The notes: generated by a model not told the origin, from the sequence alone. Counted from the stretch's first letter, positions 23,901 through 37,325 are shown. The stretch: DNA of 64,000 nucleotides from Lama glama (GCA_028534125.1 CM052817.1:101062001-101126000); one strand, 5' to 3'. Translations and numbers: made by a program.

Positions 23901-24274
23901 GGGTTTTTGTTGGAAGACTGTACTACCGTGAACGGAGATGTGCTTTTGCCATCGGGTTGGTCCCAGCTTCTGTATGGGGAAGTCACGTCTTGCTCTCTGA
24001 TGCAGTTTGAGAACTTTCTCTTTGCCTCCATCCCTACCTGCTAGCTGTTTGGCTAGATTCCTATGTCAGAACTCTTTTCTTTCCCTCTACTACAGCTGAA
24101 AGAATATTTGTGAGTTTAAGAACTTTTAGTTTAGTGTCATTTTTTAACAAAAGTAGTACCCATTCACTGGGGAAAATTTGGGAAATAAAAAGGAGCTGCA
24201 GAAGCAAATGATCATGACTGTGCTCCAACAGCTTGTATAGACACCTGGCTCATCTTGTTCCTGTGTTTGAAGAG

Positions 24275-24428
24275 TGATTTATTTATTTAGGGTTTTTTTT
24301 TTTTTGGTGGAGGAGGGAACTAATTGGGCTTATTTACTTCTTTATTTTTAGAGGAGGCACTAGGGATTGAACCCAGGACCTCGTGCATGCTAAGCATGCG
24401 CTCTCCCACTTGAGCTATATCCTCCCGC
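24275..24428 (-). mobile_element. tRNA-derived SINE (Vic-1-like)
   Basis: A/B boxes; 21-bp TSD with 2 mismatches at 24254-24274 and 24429-24449. Confidence 0.9.
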
Positions 24429-25210
24429 CTTGTTCCTGGGTTTGCAGAGGGTATGTGGAGGGTTGGGGCATAGCAGACACCTCTTTTCTGAATTTGTAGG
24501 TGTGGGAGCCTACTGTACACGCTGTTTTATTCCCTGATTTTTTTCTTAGGGGAAAATCTTGACATTGATCTTTGAATTATTTAAGTGGTTTTCCTTTTTA
24601 TCTTCCTGCTGGAGAGCCACTGTGTCCTCACCTCAGCACAAGTGGCCCCTTCCTGTAAAGCTGCTGCATGTGAAGCGGGACTTGACCTCAGAGAATTAAG
24701 GTCTCTGTTAGACAGCCCAGCATCCACCCCTGTCTAAGTCTCGTATCCAAAATACTCCAAATAATAAGATTGTTCATTTATGACTCAGACTTTGCTGTAG
24801 TGACTGTCCAGTTGCTTCTTTTTCCAAACAGGGATCTCCCTTCCAGATTATAACTCAGAAAAAATTCCCATCCTTAGAACCGACCCTTTTTCAACCTGCC
24901 GTTAGTGCCCGCCCCGAGGAGTCCAGTGGCTCCAGCTCTTTGGCTTGTTTGCGATTGTTTTATCCCCACATAAGTGACACAGCTCTCCTCTCCCTAATTT
25001 GCTTGTTTAGTTTTTTTTTCTTTTAAAAAACAAAGTAGTGGATGTAATGATTCCCTTTTCCGTCTTTTCTTAGGTCCACGCTCATATCAATTTGAACTTA
25101 GCACTGAAATCCTTACTTTCTTAAAGGAATTCGAAGATGAAGTTTAGTGTTCTGTTACATTTTAATTATTTGTCCTTTTTCACTTGACCCTTTTTCCTTT
25201 TGTCTTTTAG

Positions 25211-25296
25211 ATCAAGAAACTAAAAGCATTTAGTGGCGACGTGGCCAAGCTGTCCCTGGCAGACTCCTTTCTGCACTGCTTAATTCAGGTGCCAAA
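25211..25296 (+). CDS. FHDC1: FHDC1 coding exon 4 (FH2)
   Basis: cttttag|ATC...AA|gtaagg; IKKLKAFSGDVAKLSLADSFLHCLIQVP; 86 nt. Confidence 0.95.
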
Positions 25297-25383
25297 GTAA
25301 GGATCATTGATTACTGTGCTTTGCGGAATAAGGTTTTTAAATCAGTGACATCAGATTCGACAGTTTTACTTTTTATTTTTCAG

Positions 25384-25484
25384 CTATTCACTTCGAATTG
25401 AAGCCATGGTGCTAAAGAAAGAATTTTTACCTTCCTGTTCTGCTCTATACACAGATATAACTATTCTTAGAACTGCTATACAAG
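25384..25484 (+). CDS. FHDC1: FHDC1 coding exon 5 (FH2)
   Basis: tttttcag|C...G|gtcagt; YSLRIEAMVLKKEFLPSCSALYTDITILRTAIQ; 101 nt; preceded by an 87-nt intron. Confidence 0.95.
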
Positions 25485-25544
25485 GTCAGTAAATATATGA
25501 TGCGTCATGTGACTTGTTTTTATTTTAGGGGCAGTTTATTTTTT

Positions 25545-25707
25545 TCTTTTTTAAAATTAATTTTTATTTTTTTATTTTTGGGGGGCAGTAGTTAGGTTTA
25601 TTTATTTTTATTTATTTGTTTGTTTTTCAGCGGAGGTACTGGGGATTGAACCCAGGACCTCATGTGTGCTAAGCACATGCTCTACCACTGAGCTAGACCC
25701 TCCCCCC
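25545..25707 (-). mobile_element. tRNA-derived SINE (Vic-1-like)
   Basis: ggaggtactggggattgaacccaggacctc...ctgagctagaccctcccc; TSD-like gca(g/a)tttatttttt. Confidence 0.88.
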
Positions 25708-27230
25708 AAGCAATTTATTTTTTAAAAAATTATTCAGTTGAAAAATTAGATATGGAAACTTCTACTTCTGATAAAAAGGGAAATGAGATATTACCAGGGA
25801 TAGCATTTAAGGTTTATATCCGTTTGCTTCCTCCTCCCCTGAGTAATTAGTTTAATTAATTGACCAATCAATCAATTAATTAGCATATTATCTTCCCATA
25901 AAAGGTTTCTTTCAACTGACGCTTAGGAGTAAACCTTGCTGGAGCTCGCTCTTGTTCCTCTCCTGGATTAGCTTTCTGTGTGTGTGTCTGGTGTGTGATG
26001 TGTTTGTATTTGTGTGTGTGGTGTGTGTGCATGGAGGTGCATGCTCCAGCCTGGGCCCCTGGGCCCCTGGGCCAGCTGCATGTCTCTGCCCCTGCTCTGG
26101 CCTCTGTTGGTGGCTGGGACCCTGCTTTAGGGGAAGCCGACCTCATTCCCTCTTGACTCCTCCCCGGGCACCTCGGTGACTCTTCAGCCCGGGGTTCCTG
26201 GTGTTTCTGTCCAGTGGTGTCTTCTCCCACCCGCTGCCCCTCCAGACTCTGAACATCTGGTGGGCTAGTTAACATTTGAGAGGGGCGAGTCCGCCATTTC
26301 CGGTTCTTTGAACAACGGGCCAAATTTCTGCTTGCCCCCTTGGGTGGACTCCTCAGCCTGCCCAGTGTCTCATGGCGTGCACTGGGACCTTGCGTTCTGG
26401 CGTCCGTGGCACTGAGAATGCCCGCCCAGTGCCTTCGCCTCCTTCTGTCTCCAAGGCAGAGTCTCTGGCGCTCCCTGACCCTCAAATTTTTAGCATGCAT
26501 CAGTTGGAATCACCGGCCTGATTTCTTCTTTGTCATTTTCTGTCATTGTGGTAGAATGTCTATTCCTATTTGGTTTTCCTGTTGAGTTGCTCTGACCTGT
26601 GTTGAGATTAAGTATTTTTTTCTTCAGCTCATCATATTTTCTTTAAGAGACCAAAAATTAAACATTTTCTTCTTTCAGTGTAGAGGCCTTTATAAATTTC
26701 TTCCTATACCAAGCCTAAAGCAACAGCTTTGAAAGGACTGTTTCTCCTGTTCAAATAAAGGTGGAAGAATATGTTTTCATACTGAGCAATACAAATTTGT
26801 GGGCATGGTGGAAACATTTCTTATCTGGTTACCCTTCAAAACCTGGCCTTCTTAGATAGCACCTATCAGCAGTGATCCAAGTATAATTTTTTTTAAGTAA
26901 TACCAGACTTAATGGAAAATATTAACTTAAAAATACCATAGGGGACATTTTATTATCTGTATATACTGTAATTTTAATAATTAAAAAAATTTTTTTAGCT
27001 TTTCAAATATATTAACAATTTTCAGTATTGTTTATTTGCATAGGGGTGTGTACAAAAGATTTTTTGTTTAAAGAACTAGTTTACCAATATATGACAATAA
27101 TAAGTTCCTTTTTAAACCTTTAGGTCAATCCAAATGAAATGCCGTTTTGAATAAAATGGAAAGATTCTCTGGGTACCTGCCTCTAAGGGTTGAGGTTTTG
27201 CAAGTTATTTACATGTCATCCCAGCCGGTT

Positions 27231-27237
27231 TTTTGGT

Positions 27238-27269
<32 letters not shown>

Positions 27270-27390
27270 TTGGTGGGGGAGTTAATTAGGCTTACTTATT
27301 TATTTATTAGAGGAAGTACTGGGGATTGAACCCAGGACCTCATGCCTGCTAAGAATGCGCTCTACAACTTGAACTATACCCTCCCCCCAC
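27231..27390 (-). mobile_element. tRNA-derived SINE (Vic-1-like)
   Basis: Same head and tail; TSD-like cccagcc(g/t)gttt. Confidence 0.88.
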
Positions 27391-27831
27391 CCCCAGCCTG
27401 TTTATTTTTTATCTCCTCATAGCTCATTGGCTAAGCAAAATGTTTCTCACTATTCATTTTCATAGTTCATAAATAAAGCCTCAAAGGATATAAAGGATTA
27501 AAAAATAACTGCTGAGAAATTATTCCTGTTAACACAGTGTGCTGCTTTTCGTAGGCTTTTGTAGTTGCCACTACTTGAAAATTTTCGTTATCAAAGTACT
27601 TTGTGATTCTTAAGTGTCACACGTATTTGATTCCCCGTTAAACGCTAGGGCATGCCTCAGCCAGTAGCCAGGGGTGCGCTAGGTGTACTATAGAATGTGC
27701 TACTTTGTGTCAATCTCTTACACAGTTTAGAGTCAAAGCTAGTGTCAGACACACTCGAATTTGGATGTGGTCACTGTCTTTTGTGTGTTTAAGCTGAAGG
27801 CTTCTCTGAGGTGGTGTGTTCTTTCTGACAG

Positions 27832-27902
27832 AGCTGATGTCGTGTGAGGAGCTACATTCGATCTTACACTTGGTGCTGCAGGCAGGAAACATCATGAATG
27901 CA
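27832..27902 (+). CDS. FHDC1: FHDC1 coding exon 6 (FH2, GNIMN motif)
   Basis: ctttctgacag|AG...GCA|gtaagt; LMSCEELHSILHLVLQAGNIMNA; 71 nt. Confidence 0.95.
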
Positions 27903-28003
27903 GTAAGTAAAGTTCAAAGCGTTGAAAAATGTTGAATTTCCAACTTTATTTGTCTGTCTAAAGGTATATGCATATTTTTTTTCTTCCGATTTGTCTTCTT
28001 CAG

Positions 28004-28111
28004 GGAGGGTACGCTGGCAATGCGGTAGGATTTAAACTGTCTTCTTTGCTCAAATTGGCAGACACAAAAGCAAACAAACCCGGGATGAATCTCCTGCACT
28101 TTGTTGCACAG
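28004..28111 (+). CDS. FHDC1: FHDC1 coding exon 7 (FH2 post region)
   Basis: cttcttcag|GGA...CAG|gtatgt; [36 protein letters not shown]; 108 nt. Confidence 0.96.
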
Positions 28112-28989
28112 GTATGTGGAAGGGATTCGTGCAGAGAGAGAACAGACGTGAGATCCCCTGGAGGCAGTGAGGGCTTTCGCAGGGGGAAGGCGGCATCAGA
28201 CAGAGTCAGGGAAGGTTTCTATTCACAGATTCCTGAGCTGAGCTGCCCCTGGCGTTACAGGCCTGGAGGGACATGGAGGGGGCACTCAGGGGTGGGAGGC
28301 AGGGTGGTTGGTGAAGCCAGGTTATGAAGGATTCAAATCCTAAAGCTGGGGAATTTGGATTTCACGCTTTAGCAATGGGGAGCCAACAGAAGTTTTTATA
28401 CAGCATCGTGGCAGGACCAGGTGGGTTTTTGCTTCTAGGAAAATGAGGCAACGTAGAGGACGGCTTAGAGTGGGGAGAAAACAACAGGCTACCTCCTGGT
28501 GGAAGTTGGTGAGAATTGTTGGGTGAGGTTAAGTATTTTTTTCAGAGTAATGGCCACCGGGATGGAGAGTAGAGCCCAAAGGTTGACACATCCCTGGTGT
28601 TGAATTGGGTAGATTTCTGACCAGTTATATGTAAAGGGTGACGGAGTCAGGGCCAGGAGAGGCTCACTTCCACTCTTGCCTCTGTGAACTGTGGGTTGGG
28701 GTGCCCTGCCGTTCGCATGGGTTTGGGTTCATCACTTCCACCTTTGACTGGGTCTGTGTGACACCAAAATAACTAGTGACAAAGTGAAAGATCAGCCAAG
28801 GACAGTTCTCTCTCTGTTGTTAAATTGTCTCACATAGAGAGTCATGCTGATTTGTTTTTCCCTTCCCTGAATCTCCTGGCTGTTTTGACAGCGATCACGT
28901 AGCCAGAACTTAACCTGGGAAGAAAGTCGTGTTGCCTGCGTGTTTCAGGTGTGAGCTTCAGAATGGATCAGAACAGGGAGATTTTGACT

Positions 28990-29180
28990 TGTCCTTTACA
29001 GGCTGTACTTCCTCAGACACGTTACTTAATCCTTAAGATCCTCAATTTCTCCATCTAATGATGAGGGCTAGTGAGACCTCAAAACTAGGTAATTAAGAGG
29101 GCGGAGGGAGATAAATCCATAAAGTGCTCATTAGCTCAGTGTTCAGAATCCAGTAAGCGCTCCGTAAATAATCCACACTG
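28990..29180 (+). mobile_element. MIR SINE
   Basis: gttacttaatccttaagatcctcaatttctccatctaa...taaagtgctc...cagtaagcgctccgtaaat. Confidence 0.6.
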
Positions 29181-29884
29181 TTATCACTGGATTCTTCAGA
29201 AGACAGAGGGCACATTGAACTCAGTGCAAGTTTAAGAGTTAGTTTTCAGGATGTTAAAACCAGAAAATGTGTTGCTCACTGCGCATGGCCTGCACCACCT
29301 CCCGGCTGCCCTTTTAGGTCCCTGCATCACGGTGCTCTGTGTAACTTGGTCTCTGCCCGTGTGGGGAGGTTTCCCAGGTTCGTAATTGCTCCCTTCATAC
29401 CTGCCTTCCTCGCACCCTCTGAACCAGCGAAGAATTCCAGCACCTCCGTGGCCTGTGTACCTTCTGATTAAACTCACTTTGCAAACTGGTTTAACAGCTG
29501 AAGGTATCTCGGTCATGGGCGAGAGTACTCGGAGGTATGGGTGGTGTCTAAGCAGGATATATCGGCTTCTCTTAGGAACCCAGGGCCCTGCTGAGCCCCA
29601 CCTCCTTCCACTGAGTTTTCTTGCACACGAATAGTATTTCACGTCAGGATCAGTCGCTCAGTGTTTCTTCAGAGTACAAGAGTTCTGGTAAATCTGGTAA
29701 ATCTTACTAAGAAAATGAGAATAAAAGTCCATGTCTCCAGGAATTGCTTTGAATGTATCAAGCATAAGCATGGGAACAGTGATTTCATAGTTCCTTTAAG
29801 CCCTGAGGAAATTTTATCCGTAATAGTGGATGAAATTCCAGTTCTATCCCCACATAGTGAGAGAAAATTCTGTTTTTGTTCCAG

Positions 29885-29955
29885 GAAGCCCAAAAGAAAG
29901 ATGCCGTTCTTCTAAACTTTTCTAAAAAATTGCATCATGTTCAGGAGGCTGCTAG
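29885..29955 (+). CDS. FHDC1: FHDC1 coding exon 8
   Basis: ttgttccag|GAA...AG|gtaagc; EAQKKDAVLLNFSKKLHHVQEAA; 71 nt. Confidence 0.93.
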
Positions 29956-31996
29956 GTAAGCAAGAGAATTGTGAAATCAAGGGTTTTGTTTGTTTGTTTG
30001 TTTGTTTTTTAAACTGCCGCCTTCTGAAAACTGATGAATATTTTACAACTTCTGGACTCAAGTTTGAACTTTAAAAAGTGTTGTCTCGTTGAACTCTCAG
30101 ACCTTCCTTTCAGTTGCTTACAGAGGTGTGTATGCACCTTTGGAGTTTGGGAGTTTTGAAAAATTAATCTTCATTTTTAATCTAAAAAACCCTATTGCAA
30201 TCTATTCTAATAAATATCATCCCTGAAAAAAAATACATATGGATTAAGAACTTCAAATACCGCCACACCCAAATATAGAGCTCAAAGAACACAGCCTGTT
30301 ACCTTGGGAGTTGGTGTCTATCAGTCAGACTTCAGGGCCATACATCACTGATGCCTTTCAAAGAGAACGTGGTTCGTTTATTTTCTATAGCATTAAAAGA
30401 AGTTGGAACCATACCAAGGGCTGCGGGAGGATTTTGGTTTAAGTTAGTCACTCAACTTTGCAGAGAAAGCATCTCCCAAACATAAAGCTCTATTTACATC
30501 ACTTTAATTTGCTTATCCTAATGTAAATGTGTATTTTGATGTAGCTATAATCTGTGTATATGTGCTGTTTTGAGTTCTGTGTTCTTAATATCCAGGCATC
30601 AGTGGTAAATGTTCAGTAACCAGCTTTTCAAAGCAAGAAGTCCTGATTCACAGCAGCTGTTGATTTCCGTGGCGTAAATACCGTTGCCATGGCTGATCTC
30701 AAGCTCCCACGTGACGTGGCATTACTGATGCGGAGCTGGGGAGAGATACCCACACCCACAGCCACCTCCCGTGAGCTGGCTCCAGCCCCCACGTCACGTA
30801 TCAGCCCAGCTCGTGTCATCCACTCGTTATCTGAGGGACTCTATCCAGTAGGGCCAGCTGTGAACCATATGCATAAACACATGGACTGTAGCTTTTCGAG
30901 CCAAGCCCCGTCATCAGCCAGTGTCTCAGTGTTACTGACTGTAAACATCTAACTACAGAAAACATGTCTTTCCCAAAGTGAGGTTATCAGTGCAAAGGTA
31001 TGAACAGTTCATAGTTCATATTTACAGATTACCCGTTCGCCCCCCAAAGAATGAGCCTCTTATAAGATGTAAACCGTGTTGGTTTTGAATTACTAGAAGA
31101 AACGTGTGGGAATGTATTTTCCTCTTTCTAGGATGGAAATGTTTCTAAGCTATGGACACAGAAATAACACTTCCCATTTCTGATCAGAGTTAGACAGGTC
31201 ACTTTAGCTAGATTTTGTCTTAGCAAAAAACTTCTTTAGTGAAGTTTATTTGTTTGAAAGGAAAAGAAATATAAAGAGATCATAGACGGATGCCAGTGAC
31301 CAGTGAAGGTGGAAGACTTTACTGCATAAAGAAAAGTTAGAATCAACAATGGAAGCGTGAAAGCATCTTGATTTATGAATTTGCTAATTGAATGCCACCT
31401 GGACTTAGGTTTCACCTCTTCACTTTACCAGGCGACAGAAAATCATTCATGCCCTGTTAATCTTGGCTTGACGTATGTAACAAAAGCCTGGCCGTCAGTC
31501 CTACCGTTTCTCTGCAGAATCGGGAGCTGTGTGTCAGTTCTCTCTAAGACACAGCGCACTGACTCTGGTTGTCTGAGCCGCATCTCCGTATTGATGTCAC
31601 GGTTATCAGCACGCGCTGCCTTGCTTTCATGAGTTAGAGCTTTTGCGTTTGCGTTTGCGTTTAGCGGCCCGAGGAGAGCATCAGCGTCCGAGTGCTGCCG
31701 GACTTCAGTGCTGATGGCACACAGGTGTTCAGACCTAGTTTATGACAAGCTTTACAGGTCCCCTGCTTTTAGTTATCTCACCAGCAAGACCAAAATTACA
31801 GCCTGCCCTCTATGGACCAGCATGGGTCTTAAGGAAGGAATCGCCTCTTGAAAAAACATAGGAAGAGGCTCTAAACACAGAAGTGGGTAAACGCCACTGC
31901 AGGAGCTCTCTCCTGTTTCTCTGGTCTCCTTTGATGTACTTGCAGGACACGTGGCCCCCCTGTGCCAGCTGCCCACTCTCCCCTTTCCTCTTGCAG

Positions 31997-32114
31997 ATTG
32001 TCTCTGGATAACACCGAGGCAGAGCTGCACTCGCTCTTTGTCAGGACGCGATCTCTCAAGGACAACATCCAGCCGGACGGGGAGCTTTGTCAGCAGATGG
32101 AAGAGTTCCTCCAG
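31997..32114 (+). CDS. FHDC1: FHDC1 coding exon 9
   Basis: ctcttgcag|A...CAG|gtgtgt; LSLDNTEAELHSLFVRTRSLKDNIQPDGELCQQMEEFLQ; 118 nt. Confidence 0.93.
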
Positions 32115-33529
32115 GTGTGTGTGTGTGTCAGGGCCTCCCTCTAATCTCCAACAGCCTGGCCGAGGCTGGTTCTGCTCGCAGGGGTGTGTTCGTGGGAGCA
32201 GCAAGCTCCCAGGCGTAGTTTCCCCCTCGGTCAGTAAAAGGAGCTTGATATTTCAGTGCCCATTCTTTGCTGGATCAGTTTTTGGCAGGATGTTGAATGT
32301 GGTCTATTCCCGAGGCTTTGGTTAGGACCTGGGTCTCTATCACTGCTCCGTCTGCCTGATGGTGCCGGTAGCGAGCTGGTATCACGGATGGTGCATACAC
32401 TTGGCAGCTTACGCCTGGCCACTCGGGTTTTGGTTCTCAAGCCCAGTTTAGGAGTTCCTGGCTCCCAGTCAAACTTTTGGACACCAGAACGAAGTTCCAT
32501 CAAAATCCTGAAAGACACCTGAGTACTTGGGTGGTTGTTCCTTCCCCCATTTTGCTGAAGACACAGGCTACGTTGTGGCATGTTTTAGAGCGAGAGCAGG
32601 AGGGCACGCGAGAGCTGGGGCCTGTCACCGCCCAAAGTGCATCAGCCCCGCAGGGTGTGTCGGGAGCTGTTCCCAATAACATCAACAAACCCAGCAGCGT
32701 GGACGTGTTTGTGACAGCTCATTATGACTCACTAGTCACAGAGCCTGACATATATCTTTTATCTTCCTCGTTTAAAAAAAAAAAAAGTGGCACCTTTTCA
32801 TGCTCTCAGTCTTCAGTGAAATGGTGTGCCCTTACTCACCAGTGCTTTGAGACTGGTGACCTGGAACTCATGAGGCCAGGCGCCCGAGGTGGCAGGAAGG
32901 AACTGTGCTCCGAAGGCCGGTCCAAAACCTAAGCCTGTCCTCGCTGCCTTGTAATGAAGCCTCATCAAATACCGTGAGCTTCAGGTCCCCTCGGCGAACT
33001 TTGATTTTGTTTGGCTCTGCTGGGAGTTTATTATTCTTGTTAAACACGTGTTCTGTATTTTCTTTCAAATGTTGCCAACCTCTCACTTTCCCTTAAAAGT
33101 GCACAGATTTTTCTTTTTTTTTCCTCCAAGGGACACAAATCAAATGCCATTACAGAAACACCTAACAGGATCTAGGAAAACACTCAGCAGTAAGTAAGCA
33201 CCTTGAGACAAATGGAGCAAATCCAGAAAATCAGTCTCATCTTATGGTGAGAGGCAGATTCTGAGTGTCTCATTTCCCAGTTCTTATATGAAACGTTAGT
33301 ACCTTATGCTAAACAGTCGTCCAGAAAGGCTCATGATGCAAAGCAGCTCCGTCTTAGCCACACCCCTAGACCGCTCTTCACAGACAACCTTGTTTTCACT
33401 CTCGGCTCGTCTTGCTGGTAGTCATTTTTGTCATGAAAGTAAAATGCTCCACACAGCTATTTATTTTTCTCTTTAGAATTGGCTTTCTTTTTAAATAGGG
33501 AAGATACAATTTTTTAAGGTAAGTTAGAT

Positions 33530-33665
33530 TTCTTTTTATGTATATATATATGTATATATTTTTAGTGGAGGTACTCGGAATTGAACCTAGGGTGCTAGGA
33601 GGTACTAGGAACTGACGTCATGCATGCTAAGCACACACTCTACCACTGAGCTCTACCCACCCCCT
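33530..33665 (-). mobile_element. tRNA-derived SINE (Vic-1-like) with an internal rearrangement
   Basis: Head matches the other copies but carries an extra gtgctaggaggtactaggaactga segment. Confidence 0.8.
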
Positions 33666-34949
33666 CCACCCCACCCCCCCTCCCCGTAGGGTCAGGCCCT
33701 GAAGGGCTGTGAATCCCAGGGGGAAGCCTTCGTGCTCCAAGCCGTGGGGAACTGCTGCAGGTTTCCCAGCGGAACAATGACAGGAACACGTTTTACAGCC
33801 CTGATTCGGTATTTTGACCCTTTGGGGAGAAGAACCAAGTGAATTGGTTTGGAACTTCAGTCTGGGGCAGACAGGTGTGAGAGGGAAAGTTGAATTTGCT
33901 GCCACGACTAGCAATCTGTGATTCAGACTTTGCCACTGTAGCTTTGGGCTTTTTTCGTCTGTGGCCCTAATCATGAAGGCAGGGTTCAGAAACTAACTCC
34001 GGGCAAATAACTCCAAGTGCGGTGATTTTTTTCGGACCCTATTCAGAATGTTTCCCTTTCTCAAGTCCTCAGGGGACTGCAGAGCGCACGTGTGGGCACC
34101 GTCTCTGTCCCCACGGCGTCCAGCGATGAGACACAGAGGTGGAGCGAGCTCCCATGAAGATTCTTGTCAAAGTCCTGTTTTTCTGCAGTTGAGCTGTTCT
34201 TGGCAGGGATCCACCTTTCCCCCTGAGCAGGAATGACAGGCAGAGATTTATCCTGTAGTTAATGCCCTTCTCTCCGTAAAGAAAAACACAGCGTGAACGC
34301 AAACGCTGCCTTGGGCCTCTGACTCAGATGGTCTTTGGTATTTGATTTCCCAAATAGTTTTGGTTTCCTGCTACCTCTCAAATGTGTTTGGTGTAAGAAA
34401 GGGGCTTTTAAGGGGGATAGTGTGTGGAGTGGGTGGGAGGGGACGCGGTTTCTCGGAATTTCTCTGTAGCTCTGTGGTGGGTTCCCACAGCTGCTCCTCT
34501 CGGCCAGGGTGGGCCACCTGCAGCTTCACTGTGGCCCAGGCCCGTCCCCCACCCGAAGAGAAGTTTCTCAAATATAAGCCTTTTAAAAATCATCATTACG
34601 TGATTTCGTAGGGGCACATACTCCATACATTCTTTCTTCATATAAGCCCATTACCCAGTGTTAAGAAAACACCCCGAGACTTCAGCGTGACCCCAAAGAC
34701 TGTCTCTACAGGGCTGAGACTCCTCCAGCCTGTGGCTTCCTCACTTCAGCTCGACACTCCTGTCACTGAGCTGCCGTCAGGGGCGCGTGCCTGTGCCCCT
34801 GGCCCTGGGGACCCCACCCCCAAAGGGGAAAGAGCAGGCCTCTTCCCGCCCCACTGTGTTGCCCCCGTCATTGAGTCTGCAGTGGCCTGGGAAGCTGTGT
34901 CATAGAAGAATTAGGAGAAAACCAGGATGTTGAGAGGATGGATTTGTAT

Positions 34950-35260
34950 AAGGCAGGAGTTCCAAACCGTGGGCACCCACCAGAATCTCCCGGGGAGTTT
35001 TAATAGAAAAGTGGCGGGTCCACCCCAGATTACTGAATGGCCTGGGTCGGGGGCAGGCATGGGCTGGAGACGACGCTGACTCGGACAAGAAGCCCTGGCT
35101 GGGCGTTTGCCCAGCATGAGGGCTTCAGGCCTGTGAGGGGGAGGGGACGCCGACCCGGACAGAGCTTGTTTGCGGTTAAGTTTAGACTCCCTCTCAACGA
35201 GGCAGACCTCGGAATCAGACAACTCATCAATCCAGGTGGCTTCCGGGACCCTGAAGTAGG
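34950..35260. mobile_element. MER5-like hAT DNA transposon remnants
   Basis: cagaatctcccggggag...ccaccccagattactgaat; ccctctcaacgaggcagacctcggaatcaga. Confidence 0.45.
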
Positions 35261-35592
35261 CTCTTGGCCAGTGTAAGACTCGGTTGTGAGAGAAGGAAGA
35301 ACGGGGCAGACAAGGTTTCCTTACTGAGACCAACTGCACTCCTGTGTCTCACTTCCGGTGACATTACAGGGGAACGTTAGGTTGGTGGCCTTCTCCAGGT
35401 CTCCTGTGGCTCCCAGGCCTCACCCAGGAGTTCACGTCACTTCCTTGAGGTTTTGTTTGGGGTGAATTATTCTCCTTTTAGCCCTAAGGGATCGGATGTG
35501 CAGGGAGCCTTCCCTTTTCCGAGACCTGAGATTGACCCCTGGGCAGCAGGCGGCCGACCGTTCACACCTGCCGTCTGTGTCCTCTCCCGCAG

Positions 35593-35757
35593 TTCGCCCT
35601 GGAAAAGCTGACAGAGCTGCAGCGCTGGAAGCAGGAGCTCCAGGACGAGGCCCACACCCTCATCGACTTTTTCTGTGAAGACAAGGAGACCATGAAACTG
35701 GACGAGTGCCTTCAGATTTTCAGAGACTTCTGTGTCAAGTTCAACAAAGCAGTTAAG
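35593..35757 (+). CDS. FHDC1: FHDC1 coding exon 10 (end of FH2)
   Basis: ctcccgcag|TTC...AAG|gtacgg; FALEKLTELQRWKQELQDEAHTLIDFFCEDKETMKLDECLQIFRDFCVKFNKAVK; 165 nt. Confidence 0.95.
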
Positions 35758-37297
35758 GTACGGCTGATGGCAGCTCTGCATCTTCTGTGTTTTGGGGATT
35801 TTTCTTTTTCTTCTTCCTGACCCAGCCCCCTGCCCGCGGTGGAAAGGTGGTTCAGCAGCTGCGCGGGGTCAGGGAGTCTGGCCCCGGCGGCGCGGGTGGC
35901 TGGAGGTCAGGATGGCGGGAAGGCGCTCTGCCAGCTCAGCCCCGAGCGTCCCGTCCGGTCAGGGGTCTAGCACTTGGCTGCCTCTGCTACTTTGCCACTC
36001 GCTCTGATGTCCTGAAAGCATTCTGTTTGTCGAGTTCATTTATGATGGCAGTCACGACATTAAGACATCTCTTTGAGGATCCTTCCCTGCTCCCAGCAGA
36101 CAGTTTCCTCCTTTAGGGAGGCCTTTTTTGCAGTGGGGTGATGGGAAGGCCCACTCTCACCTGTTTTGAGCACCGTGGCCACTGCCAAGGGTTGGCAGCC
36201 TGGGCCCCTTGCTGTCCTCAGCTCAAGCAGGCTCGAAATGCCCAAATAGTGAGGGAGCTGCTGCCGTCTGAACACAGCAGCTACATTTCCTGCCCCTCAG
36301 CCTCCGATTCCAATTATTCCTGAGTTCACGCAGAAGCCGGAAAACTCTCTGGGTGGCTTGGCTTTGCAAACAAAACTTTCATCTGTCAATTAAAAACAGA
36401 ACAGCATCCCTTCATTTCAGGAGCTCACAGGGAACCAAATACCTGTGTGTCATCCCTTTCCCTGTATCTTAAGTGCTCATTTGTCCATAGCTGAGTTTCC
36501 TGGAGAGGCTGGTCAAATGCCTCTCCAGCCCTGAGTGAGGAGCCTACAGTCAGTTGAATTCTCAAGCCTCCTTTCTCTGTCCAGTGAAGAGAAGGGGGCC
36601 TAGCCCGTGGCCACGTTTCATCTCCCTTGTCCAAGCAGTGAGGTCAGCAGGGGGAGGCGCAGTGGGCGGTAGAGGCCAAATTGGCTCTTTCTGAGGCTTT
36701 CACTCCCAGGCAGAGTTCTATAGGCCCGTGAGGCCACCTGTGTGATGCTCTCAGCCCAGCTGTCCTGAGAGCCAGGAGCTGGCCCCACGCCCTCCGCAGG
36801 CAGCCATGAAAGGAGACGACCCAGGGTCCTTGGGGAGGCTGAGGCCAGAGCTGCAGGCGGGGCCCAGAGTTCTCTGCCAGATCCAGAGCCTCACAGAAAC
36901 TTGGAAGGGAAAGTCCACTGTTTGAGGAAATTAATTTTCAAGCAAAAAGTGCTAATGATAACAGATTTGGGTTGTGCAATCCGCACATTTATGTGTCATA
37001 TGTATATTTAAAGTGCAGGCAGCAAAATGTGCTTTGGTGTGTGCATTTGTTCTAGCTGGATTTTGTTGGGGGAGGCTGGGTTCTTGGAGCTGAGTGAAAG
37101 TTAGGAGGATTTGTAAAGCAAATCCTCTTCTCCAGTTGTGGAAAGTGGATGGGGCACAAGGGACAGAGCCACCGTGGCATTTCTGGTGTTTACCAGGGAG
37201 CATTCAAAGAACACAAATTTGAAAGGCATCTCTCTTAATATCCCAAGTCTTTGCTGATGCATCCAAATCATTGCTAAGTAGAATGTGCCGCATATGA

Positions 37298-37325
<28 letters not shown>
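37298..37325. repeat. (GT)n microsatellite
   Basis: Perfect GT dinucleotide run. Confidence 0.95.

Noticed and set aside
24355..24428. Possible tRNA genes (here and at the other A/B-box hits)
   Set aside because: All carry AT-rich tails, most have target-site duplications, and they differ from one another, so they are SINE copies rather than functional tRNAs.
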